From Candidatus Latescibacterota bacterium (GTDB lineage Bacteria; Latescibacterota; UBA2968; GCA-2709665), in assembly GCA_963662665.2 (NCBI GenBank), contig CAXXJS010000061.1, positions 128,001 through 192,000 of the forward strand: 64,000 nucleotides of DNA, read 5' to 3'. This document shows positions 19,003-29,275 of this stretch, piece after piece (the stretch's first letter is position 1; each line of letters opens with the position of its first letter). A model generated the notes under the pieces. It searched no databases, was not told the DNA's origin, and was given only the letters and a program-made list of their open reading frames with translations. The position numbers and the translations under genes were made by a program.

Positions 19003-21429
19003 ATGTTCCGAAACGTACTCCTCATCACCATTCGCAATATGCGTCGCTATAAGCTCTATTCGGCCATCAATATTGCCGGGCTTTCGGTCGGGATCGCATG
19101 TTGTCTAATGATCGGACTGTTGATAGAAGATGAACTGCGATACGACCGGTTTCACCAGCACGCCGACCGTATCTTTCGGCTCACAACCTGGATCGAAATC
19201 AATCACCCAAAGGCGAATGCGCATCTCGGCCCAAGGCTTGTTGAGGATTTTCCCGAAGTTGAACAGGTCGTCCGCTTGGCGCGCCTGCCAACAAAAACGT
19301 TGACTGTAAACCAGGATCGGAAATTTCTCGAGGACGATCTGTTGTATGCAACCCCCGAATTCTTCGACGTATTCTCGTTTACACTCGTTCGGGGCGATCC
19401 CACGACCGCGCTTGCTTCGCCCGATGCGATCGTGATTTCCCAAGACATGGCAAAACGCCTTTTCGGCGACGCAGATCCGATAGGCAAGCCATTGCGGATA
19501 TCCCCGCGGTCAAAGACAACCACGCTTCAGGTTACGGGCGTACTGGGAGACCTCCCCCGCCGCTCTCATATAGAATTCCGGGGACTTATCTCCTACGCAG
19601 CATATTCCAGTGGTGAACGAAAGTTTGCAGGCGCCTACACGTATCTCCTCCTCGACGATAAGGCAAAGACCCAGAAATTGGCTGACAAACTCCGCGACTG
19701 GCTGCCTCATCAGTTTACCGCCAACGAGGATGACGACAAATCCGCCGCCAGCACGTCCACTTCCTCTAGACCATTCCGGCTGATGCCACTTACAGATATC
19801 CATTTGCATTCTCATATGGAGCAGGAACTGGGCGCCAATCGCGACATTAATGAATTGTACTTGTTTGGTTCTGTGGGAGTTCTCATCCTGCTGATTGCCT
19901 GCGCGAACTACATGAATATGGCCACGGCGCGTTCCGCCAACCGGGCCCGGGAAGTGGGGCTGCGCAAGGTCGTGGGTGCCGACCGCGGGCAATTGATCCG
20001 GCAATTCACGGGCGAAGCCGTTCTTGTCGCCATACTTGCATTTGCCGGTGCCGTAATCCTTACAGAGATGTTTCTTCCGATCCTGAATGCTGCTGTCGGC
20101 AAGTCCCTTGGCATAACTTACGACGGCCGTTTCTTTTGTATCCTGGCTGCGGCGGCACTCGCGGTCGGGGCACTAGCAGGAAGCTATCCGGCATTCTTCT
20201 TGTCGCGTTTTCGCCCCATAGAGATGCTAAAGGACCTTTCAACAACCACACACAGGAGCGCAGGATTTCGCAAGAGTCTTGTGGTCATCCAGTTCGTAAT
20301 CTCAATTGGCCTGATCGGTACGACAGCCGTGGTGATGAGACAGTTGCATTTCACAAAGAGCAAGAATCTGGGCTTTGATACACGTAATGTGGTTGTACTC
20401 GATACGGAGGGAATCGAGTGGAATGTGAATTCCGCGGAGCATCGTTTCCGTTCTATAAAAGACGAACTGAAGCGGCATCCGGACATCCTCAATGTGTCAC
20501 TGGCCTCTGTCGTTCCGGGCCAGGACTATTTGCCCAGATCCCAGTATACCCTGATCGACTCGCCTGGCAGCCAACCGAAGTCCATCAAGACAGTGTATAT
20601 CGATCAGGACTACCTGGAGACGATGGGTATTGAACTTATCGCCGGGCAGAATTTTGCCTCCATTTTCGCCAAGAAATCGAATGACGGTGTCATTCTCAAT
20701 GAATCAGCGGCGGGAGAGATGGGTATTGGTAGTACAACCGGTCAGAGGGTGCACATGAAGTCTTGGATGATTGAAACGGCTGGCACTATTGTGGGTATTG
20801 TGCGAGACTTCCATATTCGGTCGCTGCATCACAGAATCGAACCATTGGCGTTACGATTAAATCTTGATGGAAAGTATGTTTGGAATGCCACTGAAATTGC
20901 CGCAAAATTGCGAACCGGTACTGTCCAGTCGGCGCTGCCATACCTGAGAGAAAAATGGGCTGATTTTGCCCCCTCACAATACTTTCGGTATACCTTTCTC
21001 GACACCTATTTTGATTTCGATCAGTTATATCAAGCAGAAACACGATTGATGCGCGTATTCGGCGCATTCTCGGCGCTGGCGATTTTTGTGGCATTTCTCG
21101 GGTTGTTCGGACTCGCATCATTCACGGCTGAGAGTCGCACCAGAGAAATCGGCATCCGCAAAGTTCTCGGCGCATCCGAGGTCGATCTCGTTTCCCTGAT
21201 ATCAAGAGATTTTGTATTCTTGGTGATCATCGCCATCGTCATCGCCTGGCCTCTCGCGTATTTCGGCGCGGAAACCTGGCTGCAAGACTTCGCCTATCGG
21301 GTCGACGTCGGCTGGTGGACTTTCGCGCTTGCTGGTGCACTGACGCTCGCTATGGCTCTGTTAACCGTCGGCTGGCAAGCCGGTAAAGCCGCCCGCGCCA
21401 ATCCGGCGGATGTATTGCGAAATGAATAA
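19003..21429 (+). CDS. ABC transporter permease, duplicated MacB/FtsX-type (~800 aa), paralog 1
   Basis: MFRN..., two periplasmic + FtsX repeats, RAREVGLRKVVGA, RTREIGIRKVLGA, ANPADVLRNE. Confidence 0.95.
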   Translation: MFRNVLLITIRNMRRYKLYSAINIAGLSVGIACCLMIGLLIEDELRYDRFHQHADRIFRLTTWIEINHPKANAHLGPRLVEDFPEVEQVVRLARLPTKTLTVNQDRKFLEDDLLYATPEFFDVFSFTLVRGDPTTALASPDAIVISQDMAKRLFGDADPIGKPLRISPRSKTTTLQVTGVLGDLPRRSHIEFRGLISYAAYSSGERKFAGAYTYLLLDDKAKTQKLADKLRDWLPHQFTANEDDDKSAASTSTSSRPFRLMPLTDIHLHSHMEQELGANRDINELYLFGSVGVLILLIACANYMNMATARSANRAREVGLRKVVGADRGQLIRQFTGEAVLVAILAFAGAVILTEMFLPILNAAVGKSLGITYDGRFFCILAAAALAVGALAGSYPAFFLSRFRPIEMLKDLSTTTHRSAGFRKSLVVIQFVISIGLIGTTAVVMRQLHFTKSKNLGFDTRNVVVLDTEGIEWNVNSAEHRFRSIKDELKRHPDILNVSLASVVPGQDYLPRSQYTLIDSPGSQPKSIKTVYIDQDYLETMGIELIAGQNFASIFAKKSNDGVILNESAAGEMGIGSTTGQRVHMKSWMIETAGTIVGIVRDFHIRSLHHRIEPLALRLNLDGKYVWNATEIAAKLRTGTVQSALPYLREKWADFAPSQYFRYTFLDTYFDFDQLYQAETRLMRVFGAFSALAIFVAFLGLFGLASFTAESRTREIGIRKVLGASEVDLVSLISRDFVFLVIIAIVIAWPLAYFGAETWLQDFAYRVDVGWWTFALAGALTLAMALLTVGWQAGKAARANPADVLRNE

Positions 21430-21712
21430 ATGGAATCCACTTCCAATGTCACAAGCACGGCAACTCCGGTAAGTCTGACGCACATAAATCCGTCGGAGAA
21501 AAAGAGACGTGGTCCGACCTAATCGAATCCCCGACTATATTTCTCCCGGCCAATTTCAACTTACCTTCTATGGACGGGTAACGAATCCATTGGATTCTTT
21601 GGGTCTCAAGGAGATTTAACTGGTAAGCACGAGTCTCGTCCTGGCAGAGAGTGTCGAGGGCTCATTGTTTTATTACATGAAACCATTTAAGCAATTTTCC
21701 AGATTTACACCG

Positions 21713-22948
21713 ATGCCGTTGTCAGATTTTAGACCGAGTCTGACACTTCGCCGGCCAATCCCACCTGGCTTCCGGATCTTGTGCGGGTTATTGGTTGTAT
21801 TGTTTGGATGCGCTCCAGGTGAATCAGGGCGAACTCCCCTGGTTTATACCCTTTCAAAACAACCCTTTCACAGAAGTGTGGACGCCGATGGTGTATTGGA
21901 GGCCAAACGGGCAACAACGCTTACTGCACCCCGTCCACGCTATTGGTGGGAACTCGAGATTTCGTATCTGGCCGCTGAGGGATCCGCTGTCAAGAAGGAT
22001 GAAGTGGTCGTCAGATTTGATACCCAGCCTTTCGAGAACGACTATCGGAGCGCATTCAACGCGCTCGCTATAGCTCGCGCCGATGCCAACAAGAAACAAG
22101 CGGAACGAAAGGCCCAGCAATTCATGCTGGAAGCGGACCGGGAAAGCGCGCGCACCGCCGCGGCGATTTCACGGCTTCAACTGGCCAAGCTCGAATTCGT
22201 TGCGCCTCGGCTCAGGGAAATCAAGCGGCTTGAAATGGAACGAGACGAGTTGCGAACAAAAAAGATCAGCAGGAAGCTCGAATCCATGGCGGCTATTCAG
22301 AAGGAAGAGCGCGCCCACACGGACATCCTCATCAAACAGGCCGAACAGAAGCTCAATCAGGCGGAAGAATCGATTAAAAAACTTAGCATTAGAGCGCCAA
22401 CCGCGGGCATAGTGATCTATGACCGGGGCTGGCGAGCCGTCAAGCCTCGGGCAGGCGGTGCAAAATACCCTGGGGAACCCGTCTTAAGGATCCCCGATCT
22501 GTCTGTTATGCAGGTGACGTTGCAGGTTGACGAGATTCAGTCACAAGGACTGAAAGAGGGTCAGCATGCGGAAGTTGTGATTTCGTCGTTGAGTATGGAA
22601 CCGATTTCGGGGAAGGTCGCGCGGGTTGCCACACGTGCAACACCGTTGGAGGCTGGCTCCAGTGTGAAGAAGGTCGAGGTCATCGTGGAACTGGATTCCA
22701 CAAGGTCTGGTTTTACAACCGGTCTTTCCGCACGGGTGCGCATATTCGTGGAAAAAAGGCCTGAGGCCCTCGTTGCGCCGCTTGATTGTGTATTCCAACA
22801 GGACAGCTTGCATGTGGTCTATATGCGACAAGGGAAACGATTCGTACCGCGCCGGGTGAGACTGTCCGCCAGGAATTCAGATTTTGCAGTCATCGAAGGT
22901 GACCTGGAGGCTGGAGCGGAGCTGGCGCTACGTCGGCCACCGGAGTGA
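21713..22948 (+). CDS. Periplasmic adaptor (MFP/HlyD, MacA-like) 1
   Basis: LAAEGSAVKKDEVVVRFD, coiled coil, IRAPTAG, IPDLSVM; LFGC lipobox-like motif; start uncertain (21665-21713). Confidence 0.88.
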   Translation: MPLSDFRPSLTLRRPIPPGFRILCGLLVVLFGCAPGESGRTPLVYTLSKQPFHRSVDADGVLEAKRATTLTAPRPRYWWELEISYLAAEGSAVKKDEVVVRFDTQPFENDYRSAFNALAIARADANKKQAERKAQQFMLEADRESARTAAAISRLQLAKLEFVAPRLREIKRLEMERDELRTKKISRKLESMAAIQKEERAHTDILIKQAEQKLNQAEESIKKLSIRAPTAGIVIYDRGWRAVKPRAGGAKYPGEPVLRIPDLSVMQVTLQVDEIQSQGLKEGQHAEVVISSLSMEPISGKVARVATRATPLEAGSSVKKVEVIVELDSTRSGFTTGLSARVRIFVEKRPEALVAPLDCVFQQDSLHVVYMRQGKRFVPRRVRLSARNSDFAVIEGDLEAGAELALRRPPE

Positions 22949-22970
22949 TTTCATTGCACGGGAGTATGTG

Positions 22971-24206
22971 ATGAGAACGCCCAATTCCCTGTTCGGTCCT
23001 TTTGCTCTGGCAGCGTTGACTGCTTGCGCAGGCGTAGCCGCTCCGAAGGTCGAGACCTACAAGGTCAAGCCTGCGGAGTTTACCAGTAACATCACTGTTA
23101 CCGGAGAACTCGAAGCGGTCCGGTCCGTGGTGGTTGTGGCGCCACCTATCGACTGGCGATTTGGCGAACTCAAGATTGTAAAGCTCGTGGATGATGGTAA
23201 GCAGGTTGAGAATGGCGATCTACTCGTTCAATTTGACGAAGGCGAAGTCCAAAAAGCCATTTCAGAGGCAAAGTCCAACCTTGAAATAGCCGAGGCCGAA
23301 CTACGCAAAGCCCGGGCCAATAACAACTCCGAGATCGAAGGTCTTCAGATAGATCTCGAAATAAGCCGCGTCAATAGGGAAATTGCACAGCTAAAGCTGG
23401 AACAGGCGGTGTTCAAGGCCGAAATCGATCGAAAACAGGATGAGTTTCGGCTCGAGGAAGCTGGCATCAAGCTTGAACTGGCCGGCCGGGAATTGGAGAA
23501 TAAAAAGAATATCCACCGCGAAGAAATCAGCAAGCTGAAGTTGAAATTGCAGCAGGAACAGGACAAACTGGACGCGGCGAAAAATACGCTTTCCATGCTT
23601 ACAGTCAAAGCGCCAGCCTCCGGCATCGCGATCCTTCGTAAGAATCCCTATACTCGCGACAAGTATCAGCTGGAAGATCAGGTTTATGCGGGCTGGCCGG
23701 TTATCGGCCTGCCGGACCTGAGCCAGATGAAGGCGAAGGTTCAAACCAGCGAGATCGAAATCGCCAAAGTCAAGATCGATCAGCAGGCTTCGGTAACCCT
23801 CGACGCGTATCCTGATACCACGTTCACCGGACGGGTAGTCGAAATCGCCTTGCTCGCACGGAGCAAGTCGAAAGAAGCGAAGGTCAAGGTATTCGACGTC
23901 GTCGTAAAGCTGGACGGACATGACGAAAAACTGATGCCCGGGATGACAATCAGTTGCCAGCTCCTTGTAGAAAGGATTCCAAATGCGTTGTCCGTACCTC
24001 TTCCGGCCGTATTTGAACAAAACGGGAAACCGATCGTATACCGACGGACCGGAAGGAGGTTTGAGGCGCATTCCGTTACCCTTGGTGAGGAAAACGGCAC
24101 CCATGTGGTCGTCGAAAGCGGCCTGTCGGACGGCGATGAAGTCGCGCTGGCAAATCCCAATGCGATCGTCGAATCGCAATCTCCTGGAGAAGATGGGTCA
24201 AGATGA
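22971..24206 (+). CDS. Periplasmic adaptor (MFP/HlyD, MacA-like) 2
   Basis: LTAC lipobox-like motif, DDGKQVENGDLLVQFD, VKAPASG, LPDLSQM, LMPGMT. Confidence 0.92.
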   Translation: MRTPNSLFGPFALAALTACAGVAAPKVETYKVKPAEFTSNITVTGELEAVRSVVVVAPPIDWRFGELKIVKLVDDGKQVENGDLLVQFDEGEVQKAISEAKSNLEIAEAELRKARANNNSEIEGLQIDLEISRVNREIAQLKLEQAVFKAEIDRKQDEFRLEEAGIKLELAGRELENKKNIHREEISKLKLKLQQEQDKLDAAKNTLSMLTVKAPASGIAILRKNPYTRDKYQLEDQVYAGWPVIGLPDLSQMKAKVQTSEIEIAKVKIDQQASVTLDAYPDTTFTGRVVEIALLARSKSKEAKVKVFDVVVKLDGHDEKLMPGMTISCQLLVERIPNALSVPLPAVFEQNGKPIVYRRTGRRFEAHSVTLGEENGTHVVVESGLSDGDEVALANPNAIVESQSPGEDGSR

Positions 24207-25462
24207 ACCGCGAATCCGGTGATCCACAAAACAACGAACGACAGGGTCGAAGTGATGCGAAAAGAATCCGCGAGCTCGGCCGGTGTCTTCTTGTATCTGC
24301 GATTCTACTCGCACAGTACCGATGCGGCGATTTAGAACATCAATATGCAAGGGTTGAGCGAGGCCGGTTTCGGTCTACGTTGACCGAGACCGGAGAACTT
24401 CAGGCTGTACGGTACACGATCATCCCCATGCCCCATTTCAATTGGCAATTCGGCCGTCCGAAAATAACTGACCTGGAACCCGAAGGTACTCTTGTGAGAA
24501 AAGGCGATCTGGTGGGGAATATTGAGGCTTCGGGTGTCGTCCAGCAAATGGGCCGCAAGCAGGCCGACCTCGCAATTGGACGGGCCGACCTGAATAAAAT
24601 GCGCGTGCAGCACGCAAGCAACGTCAAGGAATTGGAGGGTAAAATCCGTTCGGCCGAATCTTCCTTGCGTATGGCGGCAATCGACGAGCAACGCGTAAGA
24701 TTTGAATCCAAGACTCAGAAGAAAATCAAAGCTTCTGATAAAAGGATCAAACATCTTACTCTACAACGGCTACGCGAAAAACTTGAAACCGTAAAGCTTG
24801 TTCAGGAAGAAGACCTGAAGATTCACCGGGCCAAAATCAGAAAAATCGAATCGGCAGTCGACATGGCTCGCCGGACCCTCGAAAGCTTCGTCTTGAGAGC
24901 GCCGGCTGACGGCTTGATCGAATACAGGCAGAATCGGCAGACCGGTCAGAAAGTCGCTGCGGGCGACCAGTTGTGGCCCGGTACCCCCATTATCGGCCTG
25001 CCGGACCTGAGTCGCATGAAGGCCCGGACGTGGGTCAGCGAGACCGACATCAAAAAGGTAACGCTTAAACAGGAAGTTCGACTCAGGTTGGACGCCTTCC
25101 CCAAGTTTGTCTTTACGAGCCACGTTACCGAGATCAGCCGTATCGGGCGGCGCAAGGACAAGAACGACAAGAGCAAAGTTTTCGCCATTGAAGTGTTGTT
25201 GCATGACTCGGACCCGCTCTTGCGTCCGGGTATGACCGTCAGCTGTGAATTCGTGGTGGCAGACCTGGATGACGCTCTATTTGTACAAAGCGATTGCATT
25301 CACAGCGACAACGGCGAGTTCGTTTTGTACGTTAAGCGGATCTGGGGACTTAAACGCGTTCCGGTCAACCTTGGACCGCGCAGCAACCGAGCTGTCGTCA
25401 TATCCGGCGACGTCTCGGCAGGCGACAGGGTTGTCAGATCTGTCAGGGAGGGCTCGACCTGA
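24203..25462 (+). CDS. Periplasmic adaptor (MFP/HlyD, MacA-like) 3
   Basis: EPEGTLVRKGD, LRAPADG, LPDLSRM, LRPGMT; ATGA overlap with the previous gene. Confidence 0.9.
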   Translation: MNRESGDPQNNERQGRSDAKRIRELGRCLLVSAILLAQYRCGDLEHQYARVERGRFRSTLTETGELQAVRYTIIPMPHFNWQFGRPKITDLEPEGTLVRKGDLVGNIEASGVVQQMGRKQADLAIGRADLNKMRVQHASNVKELEGKIRSAESSLRMAAIDEQRVRFESKTQKKIKASDKRIKHLTLQRLREKLETVKLVQEEDLKIHRAKIRKIESAVDMARRTLESFVLRAPADGLIEYRQNRQTGQKVAAGDQLWPGTPIIGLPDLSRMKARTWVSETDIKKVTLKQEVRLRLDAFPKFVFTSHVTEISRIGRRKDKNDKSKVFAIEVLLHDSDPLLRPGMTVSCEFVVADLDDALFVQSDCIHSDNGEFVLYVKRIWGLKRVPVNLGPRSNRAVVISGDVSAGDRVVRSVREGST

Positions 25463-26700
25463 TGGACCGGCGTGACATGCTTCGGGTTGGCCTGGAAGGC
25501 CTTTCTCAACACCGGCTGCGTTCCGTTTTAACTACGCTCGGTGTGATATTCGGGGTCGCGGCGGTGATTGCCATGCTCGCCATCGGGGAGGGAGCAAAGC
25601 GAGAGGCCCTGGAGAAATTCAGGGTGCTGGGAGTCAACAACATCATTGTGCGCGACAGGAAGTTGACCGAAGAAGAATTGGAGGAGGCGCGCGCCAGATT
25701 CTCGTCGGGACTGTCGCTGGCGGACGCCGAAGCCATCCGCTTGATCGTACCCGGCGCGATGCATGTGGCGCCACAGGCCGAACTGGATACGGAAGCCAGA
25801 TATGGAGACAAGTCGACAAAGATCACCCTGGTGGGGGTGAGCGACGCTTTCAAGGCGATATTTCAGTCCGCTCCCGCTAATGGCGAGTTTCTATGGCGCG
25901 ATCAGCACGATCGGGAAGTTCGGGTATGCGTGTTGGGTGCGGAGGTCGCCCGGTCGCTCTTTCCAATAGAAGACCCCATCGGCAAGCAGGTAAAGCTGGA
26001 CGACCAGTGGTTTGAAGTGGTCGGTACAATGGCAGACAAAGCACTGTTTACAGAGACCGTGGGCGAATTGGCCGCACGCAATCTCAATCAGGACGTCTAC
26101 ATTCCGCTCTCGGCTTTCTTGCGCCGATTTAGCAAAGAGAACGCCCTTGCCAGTCAGATTGATCAGCTAACCGTCCAGGTGGCGGACTCGGAGCGCCTGC
26201 CGGAAGCGGCTGCGGTTATCAGGCGCGTCTTACAACGCAGACATCGCCAGAACGTCGACTTCGACCTCGTCATTCCATTCGAGTTGCTCAAACAGGAGGA
26301 GCGGGAACGCCGCATCTACAATATGGTGCTGGGATCAATCGCGGCGATTTCGCTTCTGGTAGGCGGTATCGGCATAATGAACATCATGCTGGCCACCGTG
26401 CTGGAACGGACCCGCGAGATCGGTGTGCGCCGGGCTATGGGAGCAAAGCAGCGAGAGATTCTGATTCAGTTCCTCATCGAGGCCGTTGGCCTTAGCGTCG
26501 CTGGCGGGTTTGTTGGCATTCTTCTTGGAGTGGGCATGGCCGTAATTATTGGCGCCATTGCGGAATTCAAGACGATCATCTCGCCCGTCGCCGTCGTACT
26601 CGCCTTCGGCCTGTCGGGGATAGTGGGCGTAGTGTCCGGCACGTTTCCAGCCCGACGCGCCGCCCTTGTGAACCCCATTGAAGCGCTCAGGTACGAGTAG
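25462..26700 (+). CDS. MacB-type ABC permease (single FtsX domain, no NBD)
   Basis: RSVLTTLGVIFGVAAVIAM, LLVGGIGIMNIML..ERTREIGVRRAMGA, NPIEALRYE. Confidence 0.95.
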   Translation: MDRRDMLRVGLEGLSQHRLRSVLTTLGVIFGVAAVIAMLAIGEGAKREALEKFRVLGVNNIIVRDRKLTEEELEEARARFSSGLSLADAEAIRLIVPGAMHVAPQAELDTEARYGDKSTKITLVGVSDAFKAIFQSAPANGEFLWRDQHDREVRVCVLGAEVARSLFPIEDPIGKQVKLDDQWFEVVGTMADKALFTETVGELAARNLNQDVYIPLSAFLRRFSKENALASQIDQLTVQVADSERLPEAAAVIRRVLQRRHRQNVDFDLVIPFELLKQEERERRIYNMVLGSIAAISLLVGGIGIMNIMLATVLERTREIGVRRAMGAKQREILIQFLIEAVGLSVAGGFVGILLGVGMAVIIGAIAEFKTIISPVAVVLAFGLSGIVGVVSGTFPARRAALVNPIEALRYE

Positions 26701-26844
26701 CATTTCAAGAACAACCCTTATCGCACAGTACATCCGGGTTCGACGTTGTACGATAATCATGTCGCCAATAGAGATTCCGGTGTCGGCGCGAACACCCCGA
26801 AACTTGCGTTCCGGATGCCGTCCAAGCGAAAGTTGAGGAATCCC

Positions 26845-28370
26845 ATGCGCCTTTTGACGATCTGCCTGATCATTGTCTCCGGGGTGTCATTTCAAGCCCA
26901 GGCGCGGATGCTGGTCCTGACGTTGAACGACGCCATTGGACTGGCCCTGGACGACGGGTACCGCGCACGTCACCTTTGGCTGGACCTTCAAGACGCCAGG
27001 TTCCAAATGGACGCTGCGAAACGCAGCACGCGAGCGCGTGTGAATCTGTCATTGCGAGCTCCGGATTACGTGGAGAGTGTGCAGGCCATTCGTGTACCTA
27101 ATCAGTTACCTATTTACAACAAGATTGGAATGCTCCAATGGTTTGGGGCGGTCTCCTTCGCACAGCCATTTCTGATGACCAACGGCGAATTGAGTTTCGG
27201 GTCAAATTTCAGGCAACTTCGGGAATCCGTTTTTCAAGAACAGTTCAATCTTGCCGAGCGCAGTAAGCGCTTTTTCAGTACCCTTAGCGTTCGCTTTCGG
27301 CAACCCCTGTTTGCGCCGAATCAACTCAAACTAAATCTGGAACGCGCCAGGTTGAACCTCGAGAACCAGCAGCGTGCATACACCAGCACCCAACTCGATA
27401 TAATCTATGAAATCACGAGGGCATTTTACGATTTCTACAGCGCTCAACGTAGCCTGGAGATTGCTAGCGAAGCCCTGGTTCAACAGGAGCAGTCTCATGA
27501 TCTGGCAAGGAAAAAATACGAGGCCGGGCTGATTCCGGAAGTGGAGGCGCTACAAATGGAAGTTGCCCTGTCTCGAAGCCGCAACGAGCTCCTTCAGGCC
27601 GAGGGTCGTATGGCGCGCAACTCCGACCAACTGAAGCTGGCGATTGGTCTATCGCTGAACGATAGTGTGACGGTTCGCCCCGATCTGGATCTGAAGACGT
27701 TTGAAATCGACGAAGATCGGGCAATTACGCACGGTATGCGCCACAGCGCGTCGCTACGTCAAAGCGAGATCTATCAGCGCCTTGCCGAAATCAACCTCCG
27801 GGAGACTCAGGCGGCCGGGACCGTCCGCGGAGAATTCTCCGCCTCGTATGAGCGGACGGGGTTCACGAACGCCTTCCCCGAAGACACGTCCACAGCCGAC
27901 CTGCTGGATGCCAGTTGGAATGACCTCCGGCGCCGCCCACGTAACCTGGGAATGGAGTTTACGCTTACAGTCCCACTCTGGGATTCCCGCCTGAACAGAG
28001 CAAGAGTTTCATCGGCGAGGACAAGGCTGGACCAGCGCATGCTCGATCTGGAAGACGGGCGTCAAAGGGTAGTTTTACAGATTCGCAGTGCGATTGCCAG
28101 GATTCGCGAAGCGCGCGACAGGCTGGAGGTCCTTAGAAAAAGCTGAGGACGTGGCGTTGCGTGGTTATGAGATCGACCGTGCCAGATTTGAGAACGGGAA
28201 TATCACAGCGCAGGATCTCACGCGAACCCGTGACGACCCTTACGCATTCCCGCCAGGCCTATCTGGACGCCTACATCCAGTACCAGTTGGCGGTGGCTGA
28301 CTTAAAACGCCAGACGCTCTACGATTTCGAGAACGAGCGCAGTCTCGTCGTGGAGGAGAGTTCTCCGTAG
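26845..28370 (+). pseudogene. TolC family outer membrane efflux protein with two +1 frameshifts near the 3' end (real lesion or sequencing error)
   Basis: Main frame stops at 28146; the TolC C-terminus continues as AEDVALRGYEIDRARFENGNITAQDL (frame of ORF 28088) and then [31 protein letters not shown] (frame of ORF 28161). Confidence 0.85.
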
Positions 28371-29065
28371 TGGCCGGGAAGGATGCGATTATTATTGACC
28401 TGAAACGTATCTTCAAAGCCTATCGGATGGGCACCCGGGACCTTCCGGTTCTGCACGACGTGAACCTGCAGATCGAAGCCGCGGAATACATCGCAATAAT
28501 GGGACCGTCCGGGTCGGGGAAATCCACCCTGATGAACATCATCGGGTGCCTGGACACCCCGACGACCGGAGAATATTTCCTGGACGGTGAAAGTGTAGCG
28601 GACCTGGACGACGACCGGCTCGCGGAAACACGCAATCTCAAGATCGGATTCGTGTTTCAGACGTTCAACCTGCTGCCGCGTGCAACCGCCCTTGAAAACG
28701 TGGCGCTTCCCCTGATTTACTGTGCTACGTCTCCAGGGGTGCGCAAGAAGCGAGCCATCGAGGAACTCGAGCGAGTTGGTTTGGAAGACCGCATGTATCA
28801 CCGGCCCATTGAGCTTTCGGGCGGAGAGCGCCAGCGAGTCGCGATCGCCCGGGCGCTCGTCAATAACCCGGCCATTATTCTGGCCGACGAGCCAACGGGG
28901 AATCTGGATTCCAAAACCGGGACCGAAATCATGGATATCTTTGATGGGCTGCACGTACGCGGCGGCACGATCATCCTTGTCACCCACGAGGCGCAGGTCG
29001 CCAGGAAAGCCGGGCGGATTGTGAATGTCCTCGATGGCCGCCTGGTTGAAAAAAACGGAACGTGA
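28370..29065 (+). CDS. ABC transporter ATP-binding protein (LolD/MacB-type)
   Basis: Walker [39 protein letters not shown]. Confidence 0.96.
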   Translation: MAGKDAIIIDLKRIFKAYRMGTRDLPVLHDVNLQIEAAEYIAIMGPSGSGKSTLMNIIGCLDTPTTGEYFLDGESVADLDDDRLAETRNLKIGFVFQTFNLLPRATALENVALPLIYCATSPGVRKKRAIEELERVGLEDRMYHRPIELSGGERQRVAIARALVNNPAIILADEPTGNLDSKTGTEIMDIFDGLHVRGGTIILVTHEAQVARKAGRIVNVLDGRLVEKNGT

Positions 29066-29079
29066 ATCGGACGGCTTTG

Positions 29080-29198
29080 TTTCCGTTTTCGGACATTGCT
29101 GTATCAAAAACGAACACCATCCGTTAGTTCCCACTTCTTGCCCGTTATGTATAACCCCCTGAAAAATATGCACATGAATGTTTGGCACGATTATTGAT
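29080..29198 (+). promoter_or_regulatory. Sigma54-type promoter with enhancer-like sites, copy 2
   Basis: TTGGCACGATTATTGAT at 29182-29198; TGTATCAAAAACGAACA at 29100-29116; near-identical to 18814-18924. Confidence 0.7.
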
Positions 29199-29275
29199 AT
29201 ATCGCGTACAATCTATCATCTTCCGTACGCGCCAATCCTGAAGGTTGCCACCCAGTTCGATAGGTGTCGCCGGTT

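Noticed and set aside
28130-28250. Programmed ribosomal frameshifting in tolC
   Set aside because: Two successive shifts would be needed, and no canonical slippery heptamer with a stimulatory structure is evident.
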